Source of the DNA: an uncultured beta proteobacterium
GTDB lineage: Bacteria; Pseudomonadota; Gammaproteobacteria; Burkholderiales; Rhodocyclaceae
Length of the DNA stretch: 64,000 nucleotides
Assembly (NCBI GenBank): GCA_963804805.1
Contig: CAWDRW010000004.1
Span: forward strand, 264,118 to 328,117
Direction: 5' to 3'
Shown here piece after piece: positions 43,604 to 56,358 of the stretch (position 1 is the stretch's first letter; every line of letters starts with the position of its first letter). A program made the translations under genes and the position numbers. The notes beneath the pieces were generated by a model. It saw only the letters and a list, made by a program, of their open reading frames with translations. It searched no databases and was not told the origin of the DNA.

Positions 43604-44272
43604 ATGCTAGCCAAAGACGTCATGACCACGGCGATTCTCACCGTGACACCGGAAACCGATGTCGGCGAAATCGCCCGCACCCTGCTCGACGCCCATATCA
43701 GCGCCATCCCGGTGATTGCCGGTGACGGCACGCTGGTCGGCATCGTCAGCGAGGGCGATCTCATGCACCGCACCGAAGCCGAAACACGCCGCCGCCCATC
43801 GTGGTGGTTGCGCCTGCTGGCGACGCCGGAAGAACCGACCGAGCGCTACTTGAAGGAGTACGGCCGCCGCGCGCGGGACGTGATGACGAAGGACGTGATT
43901 ACCGTCGCGCCCGACACCCCCCTCACCGAGATCGCGGCGATGCTCGAGAAATACCACATCAAGCGCGTACCGGTGATGGAAGCCGGCAAGCTGGTCGGCA
44001 TCGTCAGCCGCGCCAACCTGCTGCGCGGGGTGGCGACGTGGCAAAAGCCCAAGGACGTCCGCGTCGAGGACTCGGCCCTGCGCGCCCTGTTGCTGAAAGC
44101 CCTGAACCAAGCCGAACTGCCGATGCACCTGGTCAATGTCACCGTCACCGACGGCGCGGTGGAGCTCTGGGGCGTGGTCGACTCCGATCTGCAGATCGAA
44201 GCGGCACGGGCCGCGGCGGAAGCCACCGTCGGCGTGGTGCGCTTTGAAAGCCACCTGATCCGCAGGACCTGA
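43604..44272 (+). CDS. CBS-pair + BON domain protein
   Basis: LVGIVSEGDL, HIKRVPV...LVGIVSRANL, VNVTVTDGAVELWG. Confidence 0.88.
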   Translation: MLAKDVMTTAILTVTPETDVGEIARTLLDAHISAIPVIAGDGTLVGIVSEGDLMHRTEAETRRRPSWWLRLLATPEEPTERYLKEYGRRARDVMTKDVITVAPDTPLTEIAAMLEKYHIKRVPVMEAGKLVGIVSRANLLRGVATWQKPKDVRVEDSALRALLLKALNQAELPMHLVNVTVTDGAVELWGVVDSDLQIEAARAAAEATVGVVRFESHLIRRT

Positions 44273-44299
44273 GCGGAAGCATCCGCAAAGGAGACGGCA

Positions 44300-44662
44300 A
44301 TCAAACGCAGCACGACGGATACCGGCCGCTACCGGACAGCCGCCTGGGTCGAGTCCGGTGCGGAGGCGCCGCCCGAAGGCGGCGACGACGAGGCGAGCGA
44401 GGACATCCGGCGGCGGCGGCCGCTGGCCGTCCTCGAACATCTGAGCGAAGCGTCGCAACCGCTGACGCTGGCGCAGCTGGCCGCCATGATGCGGGTGCCG
44501 AAAAGCACCCTGATGCGCCTGCTGCGGTCGATGGAAATGCATGGCTATTTGTTGCACATGCCGGCCGAGCGCGGCTATGTCCTCGGCACCCGCTCGGCGC
44601 TCAGGATGCTGGTCGATCGAGCGCCGGAGGCGGCGCCTACCGGGGAGCCGATTTCCGCATGA
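44300..44662 (+). pseudogene. IclR-type HTH-only ORF or remnant, no canonical start
   Basis: Open frame PLAVLEHLSEASQPLTLAQLAAMMRVPKSTLMRLLRSMEMHGYL...; AAGGAG precedes ATC at 44300; no effector domain. Confidence 0.65.
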
Positions 44663-44729
44663 AGCGCCAGGTGTTGAACCGCGAATGTCCCGATCGCCAA
44701 GCTGCGTGCCGATTATCGAGGAGAACGAT

Positions 44730-45149
44730 GTGACGACGGAGGTCTTTCGCATGCTGGGGTGGGGGCTCGGAGGGGGCGGCCTGCTGCTGCTGGCGTGGGC
44801 GGCGCTCCTGGCCACCAGGCAGTCGCGGCGCACGCGTGGCTGGCTGCGGGCCGGGGGAGAGGTGGTTGCGCGCGAGTTCAGGGCACTGACCCCCGGCAAT
44901 CCCTATTACTTCCCCGTGATCGAGTTCATCGCCGCGGACGGGAAGCCCCGCCGCTTCGAGGCGCCCACCGGGCGCTTTGTGCGTCCCGACGAAGTCGGCG
45001 CCTGCATCGACGTGCTCTACGATCCTGCACAGCCCGAGCGGGCGATCATCGCCCGCTTTGCCGACCGCTGGTTCGTCGCGGCGTTTACGGCGGGTTTCGG
45101 CGCCCTGACCCTGCTGCTCGGTCTGATGCTGATCGGCCTCACGCGGTGA
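44730..45149 (+). CDS. DUF3592-like membrane protein
   Basis: TM - YFPVIEF...G - VLYDPAQPERA - TM architecture. Confidence 0.7.
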   Translation: MTTEVFRMLGWGLGGGGLLLLAWAALLATRQSRRTRGWLRAGGEVVAREFRALTPGNPYYFPVIEFIAADGKPRRFEAPTGRFVRPDEVGACIDVLYDPAQPERAIIARFADRWFVAAFTAGFGALTLLLGLMLIGLTR

Positions 45150-45265
45150 TGCACGCGGCTTCGAGTTGAGCCCGCTTCAACTTCCTGCGGATTCGCGCCA
45201 GTTCGGCAGGCTCCCGGACGTCGATCCCGGCGGCAACTCGTTTGATGGCGCTGACGCTGCGGCGA

Positions 45266-46364
45266 TCAGGAGACGGCGAGCATCCGTTCCAGCGAAATCT
45301 TCGCCAGCCTGGCTTCGTGCTCCGGCACGCTGATCTGGTTGACCACCTTGCCCTCGACCAGGTTTTCCAGGGTCCACGCCAGGTGCTGCGGATCGATGCG
45401 CTGCATGGTCGAGCACATGCAGATGGTGCAGGCCATGAACTGCACGATCTTGCCCTCGTGCTTCACTTCCTGCGCCAGGCGCTCGACCAGGTTCAGCTCG
45501 GTGCCGACCAGCCAGCGCGTGTTCGGCGGCGCGGCCTTGACCGTCTGCAGGATGGTTTCGGTGCTGCCGATGTAGTCGGACTGCTTGCAGACTTCGAAGC
45601 TGCACTCGGGGTGGGAAATGACCAGGCCGTCCGGGTATTGGTTGCGGAACTTGATGATGTCCTTGGGCTGGAACATCTGGTGCACCGAACAGTAGCCGTG
45701 CCAGAGGATGATCTTCGCCTTTGCGATCTGCTCCTCGTCAGGCCGCCCTGTTCGAGGTCGGGATTCCAGATCACCATTTCATCGAGCGGTATGCCCATCT
45801 TGTGGCCGCTCCAGCGTCCCAGATGCTGGTCGGGGAAGAACAGCACCTTCTCGCGCTGCGCGAAGGACCATTCGAGGATCTTCGGCGCATTGCGACGAGG
45901 TGCACACGATGCCGCCGTGAGCGCCGCAGAAGGCCTTGAGGTCGGCGGCGGAATTGATGTAGGTGACCGGCGTGATCTTCTGGTCCGGATCGAGCACGGC
46001 GGCGAGTTCGCGCCAGGCGCGCTCGACCTTGGCCAGGCTGGCCATGTCGGCCATCGAACAGCCGGCGGCGAGGTCGGGCAGGATGGAAATCTGCTCGGGA
46101 CGCGAGAGGATGTCGGCCACCTCGGCCATGAAATGTACGCCGCAGAAGACGATGTGCTTGGCTTCCGCCTGCGAGGCCAGGCGCGAAAGCTTGAGCGAAT
46201 CGCCGGTGATGTCGGCGTGGGCATAGACATCGGCGCGCTGGTAGTGGTGGCAGAGCAGGACGACATCCTTGCCGAGTTTTGCTTTCGCGGCGCGGATGCG
46301 CTCGGCGGCGTCGTTGTCGGCGAGTGTAGTTGAAGCGGTCGAAGGAGATGGTGGCGGTTTGCAT
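45266..46364 (-). CDS. nadA: Quinolinate synthase NadA, several apparent frameshifts
   Basis: [48 protein letters not shown] across frames. Confidence 0.92.
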
Positions 46365-46381
46365 GGTGTGAACTCGGGAAA

Positions 46382-46834
46382 TTACGCTTGATGCCAGGGC
46401 AGGCCGGCAGCACGCCAGCCGCCGCTGCGGTTGCGCTGGCCGTTGGCGTCCTTGTTGCCCTCGAAACCTTCGAGGATGTTGTAGCAGTCGGGAAAGCCGG
46501 CCTCGGTCGCGGCCTTGGCGGCATGGGCCGAACGCTGGCCGGAGCGGCAGAGGAACAGCAGCAGGGATTCGGTCATGACGCTGTGTTTCAGGGTCTGCAG
46601 GAAATGCGGATTGAGCTGCTTGGCCGGATAGTCCTGCCATTCGATCTCGATCGCGCCGGGAACGCGGCCGACCCAGTCCAGCTCGGCTTTGGTGCGCACG
46701 TCGATCAATCGCGCGCGGGGCGTCGCCTGCAGGATTTCATGGGCCTCGCCGGGGGTCAGCGCGCCCTCGAAAGGCAGCTTGAGTTCGCGCCCGCGCGACT
46801 GTGCGAGGCTGAGAATTTCGTTGATGCGACCCAT
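46382..46834 (-). CDS. Rhodanese-like domain protein
   Basis: LIDVRTKAELDWVG, FLCRSGQRS, NILEGFEG, GWRAAGLPW. Confidence 0.92.
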   Translation of the reverse strand: MGRINEILSLAQSRGRELKLPFEGALTPGEAHEILQATPRARLIDVRTKAELDWVGRVPGAIEIEWQDYPAKQLNPHFLQTLKHSVMTESLLLFLCRSGQRSAHAAKAATEAGFPDCYNILEGFEGNKDANGQRNRSGGWRAAGLPWHQA

Positions 46835-46919
46835 GGGAAAACGCGCCGGTTGAGGGGGATAGAATGCTGGGATCCGAGTATAGCTTTCCCCCATGTCCGG
46901 CGAAACCCACTCCAGCAAC

Positions 46920-48090
46920 ATGGCAGAACCCCAACGTCCCCCGGCGCAGACGAGCGATCTCGCGCGCTTCGAGGAAGGCCAGCGCATCACCTGGGTCAGC
47001 GTCGGCGTCAACATCGTGCTGACCGCCATGCAGCTGGTGGTGGGCTTCGTCGCCCATTCGCAGAGCCCTGATCGCCGACGCCATGCACACGCTGTCGGAC
47101 ATCGTCGCCGACGCCTTCGTGCTGTTCGCCAACCGCAAGGGCGCGGAAGCCGCCGACGACGATCACCCCTACGGCCACGGCCGCTTCGAGACCGCCGCCT
47201 CGCTGGTGCTCGGCCTTTTGCTGGCCGGCACCGGCGCCGGCATCCTGATTTCCGCGGCCGGACGCCTGCAGGACATCGGCAGCCTGCCGCCGGTGGGCGT
47301 GGCCGCGATGTGGGCGGCGCTGGTCACCCTGGCGGCCAAGGAAGGGCTGTTCCGCTACATGCTGGCGAAGGCGGAGCGCCTGCGCTCGCCGATGCTGGTG
47401 GCCAATGCCTGGCACGCCCGCGCCGACGCGCTGTCTTCGCTGGTGGTTGCCGCCGGCATCGGCGGCGCCCTGCTCGGTTTCAACTTTGCCGACGCCGTGG
47501 CGGCCATCATCGTCGGCGCCATGATCGTGCGCGCCGGATTCAAGTTTGCCTGGGCCGCCATCCGCGAATTGATCGATACCGGGCTGTCGAGCGAGGAAGT
47601 CGCGGCGATCGGCCAGACCATCGCCACCACCTCCGGCGTGCTTGGCCTGCATGAATTGCGGACGCGGCGCATGGCGCACCAGGTGCTGGTCGACGCCCAT
47701 GTGCAGGTCGATCCGCGCATCAGCGTCTCCGAAGGTCATCGCGTTGCCGAGTCCGCGCGACAGCGCGTGCTGGACCTTCATCCCGAGGTGCTCGACGTGC
47801 TGGTCCACGTCGACGCCGAAAACGACCTGCTGGCGAATGCCGCCGTTGCTTTGCCGGATCGGGCCGAACTCCTCGCCCATCTGCACCGCGTGCTCGATAT
47901 CGATCCGCCGGAATTCGAGCGGACCACGCTGCATTACCTCGGCACCCGGGTCGAAGCGGAAGTCTTCCTGCCGGCCGGCTATGCAGACGAGACCCGGCTC
48001 GCCGCGCTCCGGCAGCGGTTGGATGGCGCATTGACCGACGATCCATGGTTCGCTGCGATCCGCCTCCATCAGCGGATCGCACCAACTTAG
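46920..48090 (+). CDS. Cation diffusion facilitator transporter, frameshift near 47068
   Basis: HTLSD, DDDHPYGHGRFE, NAWHARAD, ISVSEGH, VHVD; start could be 46893. Confidence 0.9.
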
Positions 48091-48125
48091 TGCATTAACC
48101 CCAGGATTTGCACCTTTATGGTGCG
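48078..48125. promoter_or_regulatory. Two NtrC-binding sites (glnA enhancer)
   Basis: CGCACCAACTTAGTGCA (48078-48094) and TGCACCTTTATGGTGCG (48109-48125) vs TGCACCA-N3-TGGTGCA. Confidence 0.8.
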
Positions 48126-48186
48126 CGCACTCGAACATCAAGAAGAAAAAGGACTTGTGGCACAATCCCTTCCCTCGCTCGCGCTA

Positions 48187-48203
48187 TTGGCACGCTATCT
48201 GCT
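48187..48203 (+). promoter_or_regulatory. Sigma54 promoter of glnA
   Basis: TTGGCACGCTATCTGCT, GG-N10-GC spacing. Confidence 0.8.
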
Positions 48204-48270
48204 ATTTGGGTGCTGCGCCGCAAAGCGGTATCGATTTCCCAGCTATTGCCATTCACTCAGGAGAGCACGC

Positions 48271-49680
48271 ATGACCCCCCAGGACGTAATCAAGATGGTC
48301 GAAGAGAAGGAAGTCCGTTTCATCGACTTCCGCTTCACCGACACCCGCGGCAAGGAACAGCACGTCGGCGTGCCGGTTTCCGCCTTCGGCATGGACAAGT
48401 TCGAAGACGGCCACGCCTTCGACGGCTCCTCGATCGCCGGCTGGAAGGGCATCCAGGCCTCCGACATGCAGTTGATGCCCGATGCCGCCAGCGCCTACAT
48501 CGACCCCTTCTTCGACGAAACCACGCTGGTCCTGACCTGCGACGTGGTCGAACCGGCCGACGGCAAGGGTTACGACCGCGACCCGCGCTCGATCGCCAAG
48601 CGCGCCGAGGCCTACCTCAAGTCCTCCGGCATCGGCGACACCGCCTACTTCGGCCCGGAGCCCGAGTTCTTCATCTTCGACAGCGTCGAGTGGAGAGTGG
48701 ACATGTCCGGCGCCCACGTCAAGATCAACTCGGAAGAGGCCGCCTGGTCGTCCGCCGAGAAGTTCGAGGACGGCAACACCGGCCATCGCCCGACAGTCAA
48801 GGGCGGCTACTTCCCGGTGCCCCCGGTCGACAGCTTCAACGACATGCGCGCCCAGATGTGCCTGCTGCTCGAAGCCTGCGGCGTCCCGGTGGAAGTGCAT
48901 CACCACGAAGTCGCCACCGCCGGCCAGAACGAAATCGGCACCGTCTTCAACACCCTGGTGCGCCGCGCCGACCAGACCCAGCTGCTGAAGTACATCGTGC
49001 ATAACGTGGCCCACAGCTACGGCAAGACCGCGACCTTCATGCCCAAACCCATCGTCGGCGACAACGGCTCCGGCATGCATGTGCATCAGTCGATCTGGAA
49101 GGACGGCAAGAACCTGTTCGCCGGCAACGGCTACGCCGGCCTGTCCGAGTTCGCGCTGTACTACATCGGCGGCATCATCAAGCACGCCCGCGCGCTGAAC
49201 GCCATCACCAACCCGCTGACCAACTCCTACAAGCGCCTGGTGCCCGGCTTCGAAGCCCCGGTCAAGCTGGCCTACTCGGCCCGCAACCGTTCCGCCTCGA
49301 TCCGCATCCCCTACGTGCATTCGGACAAGGCCCGCCGCATCGAAACCCGCTTCCCGGATCCGGGCGCCAACCCCTATCTGTGCTTCACCGCGCTGATGAT
49401 GGCCGGCCTCGACGGCGTGCAGAACAAGATTCACCCCGGCGACCCCGCCGACAAGAACCTCTACGACCTGCCGCCGGAAGAAGATGCCAAGATCCCGACC
49501 GTCTGCTCGTCGCTGGAGCAGGCGCTGGACTACCTGGACAAGGATCGCGAGTTCCTCACCCGCGGCGGCGTGTTCAGCAACGAGATGCTCGATGCCTACA
49601 TCGAACTCAAGATGGACGAAGTCACGCGGTTCCGCATGACCACCCATCCGGTCGAGTTCGACATGTATTACTCGATCTGA
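48271..49680 (+). CDS. glnA: Glutamine synthetase type I
   Basis: [50 protein letters not shown]. Confidence 0.99.
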   Translation: MTPQDVIKMVEEKEVRFIDFRFTDTRGKEQHVGVPVSAFGMDKFEDGHAFDGSSIAGWKGIQASDMQLMPDAASAYIDPFFDETTLVLTCDVVEPADGKGYDRDPRSIAKRAEAYLKSSGIGDTAYFGPEPEFFIFDSVEWRVDMSGAHVKINSEEAAWSSAEKFEDGNTGHRPTVKGGYFPVPPVDSFNDMRAQMCLLLEACGVPVEVHHHEVATAGQNEIGTVFNTLVRRADQTQLLKYIVHNVAHSYGKTATFMPKPIVGDNGSGMHVHQSIWKDGKNLFAGNGYAGLSEFALYYIGGIIKHARALNAITNPLTNSYKRLVPGFEAPVKLAYSARNRSASIRIPYVHSDKARRIETRFPDPGANPYLCFTALMMAGLDGVQNKIHPGDPADKNLYDLPPEEDAKIPTVCSSLEQALDYLDKDREFLTRGGVFSNEMLDAYIELKMDEVTRFRMTTHPVEFDMYYSI

Positions 49681-49762
49681 TGAGGCCCCTGCGTAGCAGG
49701 CGGGCCGGCAGAAAACGCTGACCCCGCCGCTACGGATAAAACCTCGCGCAACATGCGGAAAC

Positions 49763-49792
49763 AAAATGGACGGGCAAGCCCGTCCATTTTTT
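49763..49792 (+). terminator. Intrinsic terminator after glnA
   Basis: AAAATGGACGGGC-aa-GCCCGTCCATTTTTT. Confidence 0.8.
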
Positions 49793-49818
49793 TCCGCAAT
49801 TGACATACACTCACCGGC

Positions 49819-50259
49819 ATGAAGAACGCTTTCCTTGTAATCCCGCTTCTGCTGCCGCTCGCGGCGACGGCCAATACACTGTACAAGTGCACCGACGAGT
49901 CCGGGGTGGTGCTATACACCAACCAGAAGACCGCCAAGAAGAACTGCACGGTACTGTCCTACCAGCCGCCGCCTCCCACGCCGGTCGCCAGCGGAACCAA
50001 GCCGCGCGCTTCGGCAACGCCGACACCCGGCGATTTCCCGCGCGTATCGGGCAGCGAACAGAAGTCCCGTGACGGCGACCGGCGCGCGATCCTCGACAAG
50101 GAACTCGCCAACGAGGTGCAGAACCTCGAAAAAGCCAAAAAAACCCTGTTCGATGCGGGCAACCAGCCGCCGGACAAGCTCCAGCCGCTGCGCGATACCG
50201 TTGCGCTGCACGAGCGGAATATCGAATCGTTGAAGAAAGAACTCGGCAACCTGCGCTGA
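49819..50259 (+). CDS. DUF4124-like exported protein
   Basis: Signal peptide, LYKCTDESGVVLYTN, FPRVSGSEQKSRD. Confidence 0.8.
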   Translation: MKNAFLVIPLLLPLAATANTLYKCTDESGVVLYTNQKTAKKNCTVLSYQPPPPTPVASGTKPRASATPTPGDFPRVSGSEQKSRDGDRRAILDKELANEVQNLEKAKKTLFDAGNQPPDKLQPLRDTVALHERNIESLKKELGNLR

Positions 50260-50307
50260 TCTGCCGTCCTGCGGCGGCTGGTGCGCTTCTTGCGAGAGTC
50301 ACCCGTA

Positions 50308-51381
50308 ATGAACGCCACCGAAACTTTCGACGCCTTCAGCGGGCTGGACCTGCTGTCCTCGGCCGTCGTCCTGGTCGATGGCAAGCTGGTCATCCGTCAC
50401 CTCAACCCGGCGGCCGAAAACCTGTTTGCCGTCAGTTCGCGCCAGTTGCTCGGCCAGCCCCTGCAGCGGCTGATGGGCGAACCGCCCGAACTGGTTGCCG
50501 CGCTCGACAACGCGCTGAAAAACAACTGGAGCTACACCGGCCACAACATCCTGATCGAGCTTGTGCAGGATGTTCAACTGCATGTCGATTGCACGGTCAC
50601 CCCGGTGGAGACCAGCAACGCGCGCCTGCTGCTGGAAGTGCGCCCTATCGACCAGCAGCTGAAGGCCGCGCGCGAGGAGCAGCTGGCGCAGCAGCAGCAG
50701 GCCAATCGCGAACTGGTGCGCAACCTGGCGCACGAGATCAAGAACCCGCTGGGCGGCATCCGCGGCTCGGCGCAGTTGCTGGAACGCGAACTGGCCAGCG
50801 AACCCTTGAAAGAGTACACCCAGGTCATCATCCAGGAAGCCGACCGCCTGCAGGACCTGATGCAGCGCCTGCTCTCGTCGCATCGCGTGATGCAGCCGGC
50901 GCTGGCGAGCATCCATGAAATCCTCGAACGCGTGCGGCGCCTGATTCACGCCGAATACCACGACGTCTCCGTGCGCCGCGACTACGACACCTCGCTGCCC
51001 GACATCACCGGCGACCGCGAGCAGCTGCTGCAGGCCATCCTGAACATTTCGCGCAACGCGGCACAGGCAATGCAAGGCAAGGGCGAGATCATTTTCCGCA
51101 CCCGCGCGGCGCGGCAAGTCACCCTGGCGAAGAAGCACTACCAGCTGGCACTCGAATTGCAAGTGATCGACAACGGCCCGGGAATTCCGGAGAACATTCG
51201 CGACAAGATTTTTTATCCGCTGGTTTCGGGCCGTGAAAACGGCAGCGGTCTCGGCCTTACCATCGCCCAGAGCTTCATCCAGCAACACGGCGGCACCATC
51301 GATGTCACTTCGCGTCCCGGCCGCACCTGCTTTTCGCTGATGCTGCCGCTGACACGCATGAACAGGAACAAGGAAGACTGA
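50308..51381 (+). CDS. glnL: Nitrogen regulation sensor kinase NtrB
   Basis: PAS; LAHEIKNPLGGIRGSAQLL; DNGPGIP; GSGLGL. Confidence 0.95.
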   Translation: MNATETFDAFSGLDLLSSAVVLVDGKLVIRHLNPAAENLFAVSSRQLLGQPLQRLMGEPPELVAALDNALKNNWSYTGHNILIELVQDVQLHVDCTVTPVETSNARLLLEVRPIDQQLKAAREEQLAQQQQANRELVRNLAHEIKNPLGGIRGSAQLLERELASEPLKEYTQVIIQEADRLQDLMQRLLSSHRVMQPALASIHEILERVRRLIHAEYHDVSVRRDYDTSLPDITGDREQLLQAILNISRNAAQAMQGKGEIIFRTRAARQVTLAKKHYQLALELQVIDNGPGIPENIRDKIFYPLVSGRENGSGLGLTIAQSFIQQHGGTIDVTSRPGRTCFSLMLPLTRMNRNKED

Positions 51382-51595
51382 TGAACGACTTATCCCCCAG
51401 CCCCTTCTCCGAGAGAAGGGGTGACCACGGCTCGCTGCGCTCGCAGGCTTTTCGCGGGTCTGCCTTGGGGCGGCCCGGCGGCAGACCGATGAACGACTTA
51501 TCCCCCAGCCCCTTCTCCGAGAGAAGGGGTGACCACGGCTCGCTGCGCTCGCAGGCTTTTCGCGGGTCTGCCTTGGGGCGGCCCGGCGGCAGACC

Positions 51596-51601
<6 letters not shown>
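51381..51601. repeat. Tandem 108/107-bp element between ntrB and ntrC, bounded by ATGAAC
   Basis: Units start at 51381 and 51489; third ATGAAC is the ntrC start at 51596. Confidence 0.95.
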
Positions 51602-53017
<1,416 letters not shown>

Positions 53018-53057
53018 GGAAGTGCTGCACGCAAAGAGCGGCTTTTGATCAAGGTTT

Positions 53058-53131
53058 GTCGTCCCCGCGAAAGCGGGGACCCAGTGCTTTTTAACGAAAC
53101 GCAGCTGGATTCCCGCTTTCGCGGGAATGAC
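53058..53131. repeat. REP-like inverted pair
   Basis: GTCGTCCCCGCGAAAGCGGGGACCCAG ... CTGGATTCCCGCTTTCGCGGGAATGAC. Confidence 0.85.
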
Positions 53132-53278
53132 GAGTGCCTTGTTTGGCTGTTGCATCAAGATTGCATCACTACACCAGCGGTCGGCGGCAAGTGATGCCCC
53201 GTAGCAGACGCTTGCGTTATAGTCAGTGCGACTCGGCGCCGGATCACATCGGCGTCCCACCGCGACCGGGGATCCATC

Positions 53279-54056
53279 ATGCCTGCCACCATTGAAGCGA
53301 TTGCCGCCAAGCTGGGTGACGCCGCGCGCCGCTTCGACATCGACCTGCTGCCGAGCTGCGATTCGACCAATGCCGTACTGCTCGCCCGCGCCGAAGCCGG
53401 CGCGCCGTCGGGCACGGTGGTGATCGCCGCGGAGCAGACCGCCGGCCGCGGCCGGCGCGGGCGCAACTGGTGCGCCAATCCCGGCGACAGCCTGACTTTC
53501 TCGCTGCTCTGGCGCTTCGCCCCGGGCACGGCCCCGGCCGGGTTGTCGCTGGCGGTCGGCGTCGCCGTGGCGCGCGCCCTGGCGAAAGCCAACGGCAAGA
53601 ACACGGCGCTGAAATGGCCCAACGACATCCTGCGCGACGGCCGCAAGCTCGGCGGCATACTCGTAGAGCTGATTCCCGGCGCGCCGCATGCCGCCGTGAT
53701 CGGCATCGGCATCAACCTGCATGTTGCCGGCCGGCATGCCGGCGGACGTTCGTGCCACCGCCGCCGCACTCTGCGCTGCGGGTGAAACGGCCGACGAAAA
53801 TGCCTTGTATGCCGCCCTGCTCGGCGAACTGCTGGCCGCGCTGGAACTGTTCGCGGCGTCGGGCTTCGCCGCGCTGCGCCCGGAGTGGCTGGCGCGCCAC
53901 GCCATGCAGGATATTCCCGTCCTGCTCACCGCCGATTTCGGCGCACCGCGCGCCGGCATCTGCCGCGGCGTCGACATCGACGGCGCACTGCTGCTCGAAA
54001 CCGACGGCCGCGTCGAGCGCATCCTTTCCGGCGAAGTCTCGCTGCGGCCGGCTTGA
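53279..54056 (+). CDS. birA: Biotin-protein ligase BirA (no HTH seen), frameshift near 53725
   Basis: DSTN, QTAGRGRRGRNW, LKWPND, KLGGILVE, GIGIN, GALLL...SGEVSLR. Confidence 0.9.
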
Positions 54057-54069
54057 GGTTTCCTGCGCC

Positions 54070-54777
54070 ATGATCCTCTGCCTCGATGCCGGCAACACGC
54101 GCCTCAAGTTCGGGCTGTTCGACGGCAGCCGCTGGCTCCTGCAAGACGCGCTGGACTACGCGGCCCTCGATGAACTGCCCGCCCGCCTGCCGGCGATGCC
54201 GACACGCATCGTCGGCTGCAACGTGGCCGGCGCCGCGCTGCGCCAGCGCATCGAGGCACTGGCTGCCAGCCTCGACCTTCCGCTGGACTGGCTGACCGGG
54301 ACGGCCGCCGCCTGCGGCGTACGCAACGGTTACGACACGCCGCAGCAACTTGGCGCCGACCGCTGGGCGGCACTGATCGGCGCGCGTGCATTGCACGGCG
54401 GAGCCTGCGTGGTGGTAATGGCCGGCACCGCGACCACCATCGACACGCTCGATGACAGCGGCCTGTTTCGCGGCGGCCTGATCCTGCCCGGCCTGGCGCT
54501 GATGCACGCCGCGCTGGCGCGCAGCACCGCCGACCTGCCTCTCGCAGCCGGCAATTACCGGCCGCTGCCGACCAACACCGACGACGCCATCGTCAGCGGC
54601 GCGATCCATGCCACGCTGGGCGCCATCGGCCGCATCCGGGCGGCGCTGGGCGGCGATCCGCCGTGCCTGCTGTCGGGCGGCGCGGCGGCGGAACTGGCGC
54701 TGCGGCTGGATTGTCCGCATCGACTGATCGACAACCTGGTGCTCGAAGGCCTGGCGCTCTGCAGCCAGGCTGTTTGA
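54070..54777 (+). CDS. coaX: Type III pantothenate kinase
   Basis: LDAGNTRLK, LGADRW, AGTATTID, GGLILPG, LVLEGL. Confidence 0.93.
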   Translation: MILCLDAGNTRLKFGLFDGSRWLLQDALDYAALDELPARLPAMPTRIVGCNVAGAALRQRIEALAASLDLPLDWLTGTAAACGVRNGYDTPQQLGADRWAALIGARALHGGACVVVMAGTATTIDTLDDSGLFRGGLILPGLALMHAALARSTADLPLAAGNYRPLPTNTDDAIVSGAIHATLGAIGRIRAALGGDPPCLLSGGAAAELALRLDCPHRLIDNLVLEGLALCSQAV

Positions 54778-54869
54778 GGCTTCAATCAAGGCTCTACCCG
54801 AATATTCCGCTCGCCACTTGCCCGCGTCGAACTCCTGACAGACAATGCGATATCGTCCGGAGGCCCCCC

Positions 54870-55274
54870 ATGCCCGCCCACTTTCTCGCCACGCTGCCGA
54901 ACTTCCTCGCCTACCTCGGCACCGCCATCGTGCTGCTGGTCGCATTCATGGCGATCTATCTCTACGTCACGCCCTACGATGAGATAAACCTGATCCGCGC
55001 CAACAACCTTGCCGCCGCGATCACGCTGTCCGGCGCCGTACTCGGCTTCGCCATGCCCATCGCCAATGTCATCGCCCACAGCGACACCCTGCTCGATCTC
55101 GCGGTGTGGGGCGTGATCGCCGGCATCGTGCAATTGCTGGCCTGGCTGGTGGCGCGCGTGGCGCTGCCGCGGTTGAAGGAGGCCATCGCCGCCGGACTGG
55201 TGGCGCCGGCGGTCTTCGTCGCCGCGCTGTCGATCACAGTCGGCCTGATCAATGCCGCCTGCATGACGTACTGA
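54870..55274 (+). CDS. DUF350 (YjfL-like) membrane protein
   Basis: YVTPYDEINLIRANNLAAAI...GFAMP; C-terminal GLINAACMTY. Confidence 0.88.
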   Translation: MPAHFLATLPNFLAYLGTAIVLLVAFMAIYLYVTPYDEINLIRANNLAAAITLSGAVLGFAMPIANVIAHSDTLLDLAVWGVIAGIVQLLAWLVARVALPRLKEAIAAGLVAPAVFVAALSITVGLINAACMTY

Positions 55275-55294
55275 AACTCACAAGGGAGACACTC

Positions 55295-56349
55295 ATGGCA
55301 CTCATGGATTTCATCAAGAAACAGTTTATCGACATCATCCAGTGGACCGAGGACGATGGCGAGACCATGGCCTGGCGCTTCCCCATGGCCGAAATCGAAA
55401 TCCAGAACGGCGCCAGCCTGACCGTGCGCGAATCGCAGATGGCGGTGTTCGTCAACGAAGGCAAGGTCGCCGACGTCTTCGGCCCCGGCATGTACAAGCT
55501 GACGACGCAGACGCTGCCGGTGCTGACCTACCTGAAGAACTGGGACAAGCTGTTCGAGTCGCCCTTCAAGTCCGACGTCTATTTCTTCAGCACGCGGCAG
55601 AAGATCGACCGCAAGTGGGGCACGCCGAATCCGGTCACCATCCGCGACAAGGATTTCGGCATGGTGCGCCTGCGCGCCTTCGGCATCTACGCCTTCCACC
55701 TGGTCGACCCGAAAGCCTTCCACACCACGATCTCCGGCACGCTGGAAAGCTACAGCGCGGAACAGCTCGAAGGCCAGTTGCGCAACACCATCGTCGGCCA
55801 CATCTCGGACATCTTCGGCGAATCCGGCGTGCCCTTCATCGACATGGCGTCGAACCAGGTCGAGTTCGGCAATGCGCTGAAAGCCAAGATGGATCCGATG
55901 TTCGCCGAGCTACGGCCTCGCGCTCGACAGCCTCAACGTGCAGAACATCTCGCTGCCCGAAGAGCTGCAGGCCATGCTCGACAAGCGCATCGGCGTGAAC
56001 ATGATGGGCGGCATGCAGGCGCTACACCCAGTTCCAGACCGCCGAGGCGATTCCGCTGGCGGCGCAGAACGAAGGCGGCCTGGCCGGGCTGGGCGCCGGC
56101 GTCGGCGTCGGCTTCGGCGTCGGCCAGCAGGTCGCGGCATCGATGGCGCAGTCGCTGAACCCCGCAGCTGCTCCAGTTGCCGCCCCGGCCGCCGTGTCGC
56201 CAGCGCCGACTTCTGCTGCCGCGGCCCCGGTCTCGGCCGACGAGATCGTCGCCACCATCGAAAAACTGCACGCACTGGTCGGCAAGGGCATGCTGTCGCA
56301 AGCCGAGTTCGATGCGAAGAAGGCGGAACTGCTGAAGAGGCTTGGCTAA
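55295..56349 (+). CDS. SPFH/band-7-like protein (YdjI type) with C-terminal SHOCT, two frameshifts
   Basis: LTVRESQMAVFVNEG, SPFKSDVYF, KWGTPNPVTIRD; ends EKLHALVGKGMLSQAEFDAKKAELL; shifts near 55908 and 56020. Confidence 0.85.
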
Positions 56350-56358
56350 AACCAATTG

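Noticed and set aside
45266-46364. Programmed frameshifting or true pseudogene status for nadA and the other broken genes
   Set aside because: No consistent slippery sites, and breaks are scattered over unrelated genes; sequencing error is more parsimonious
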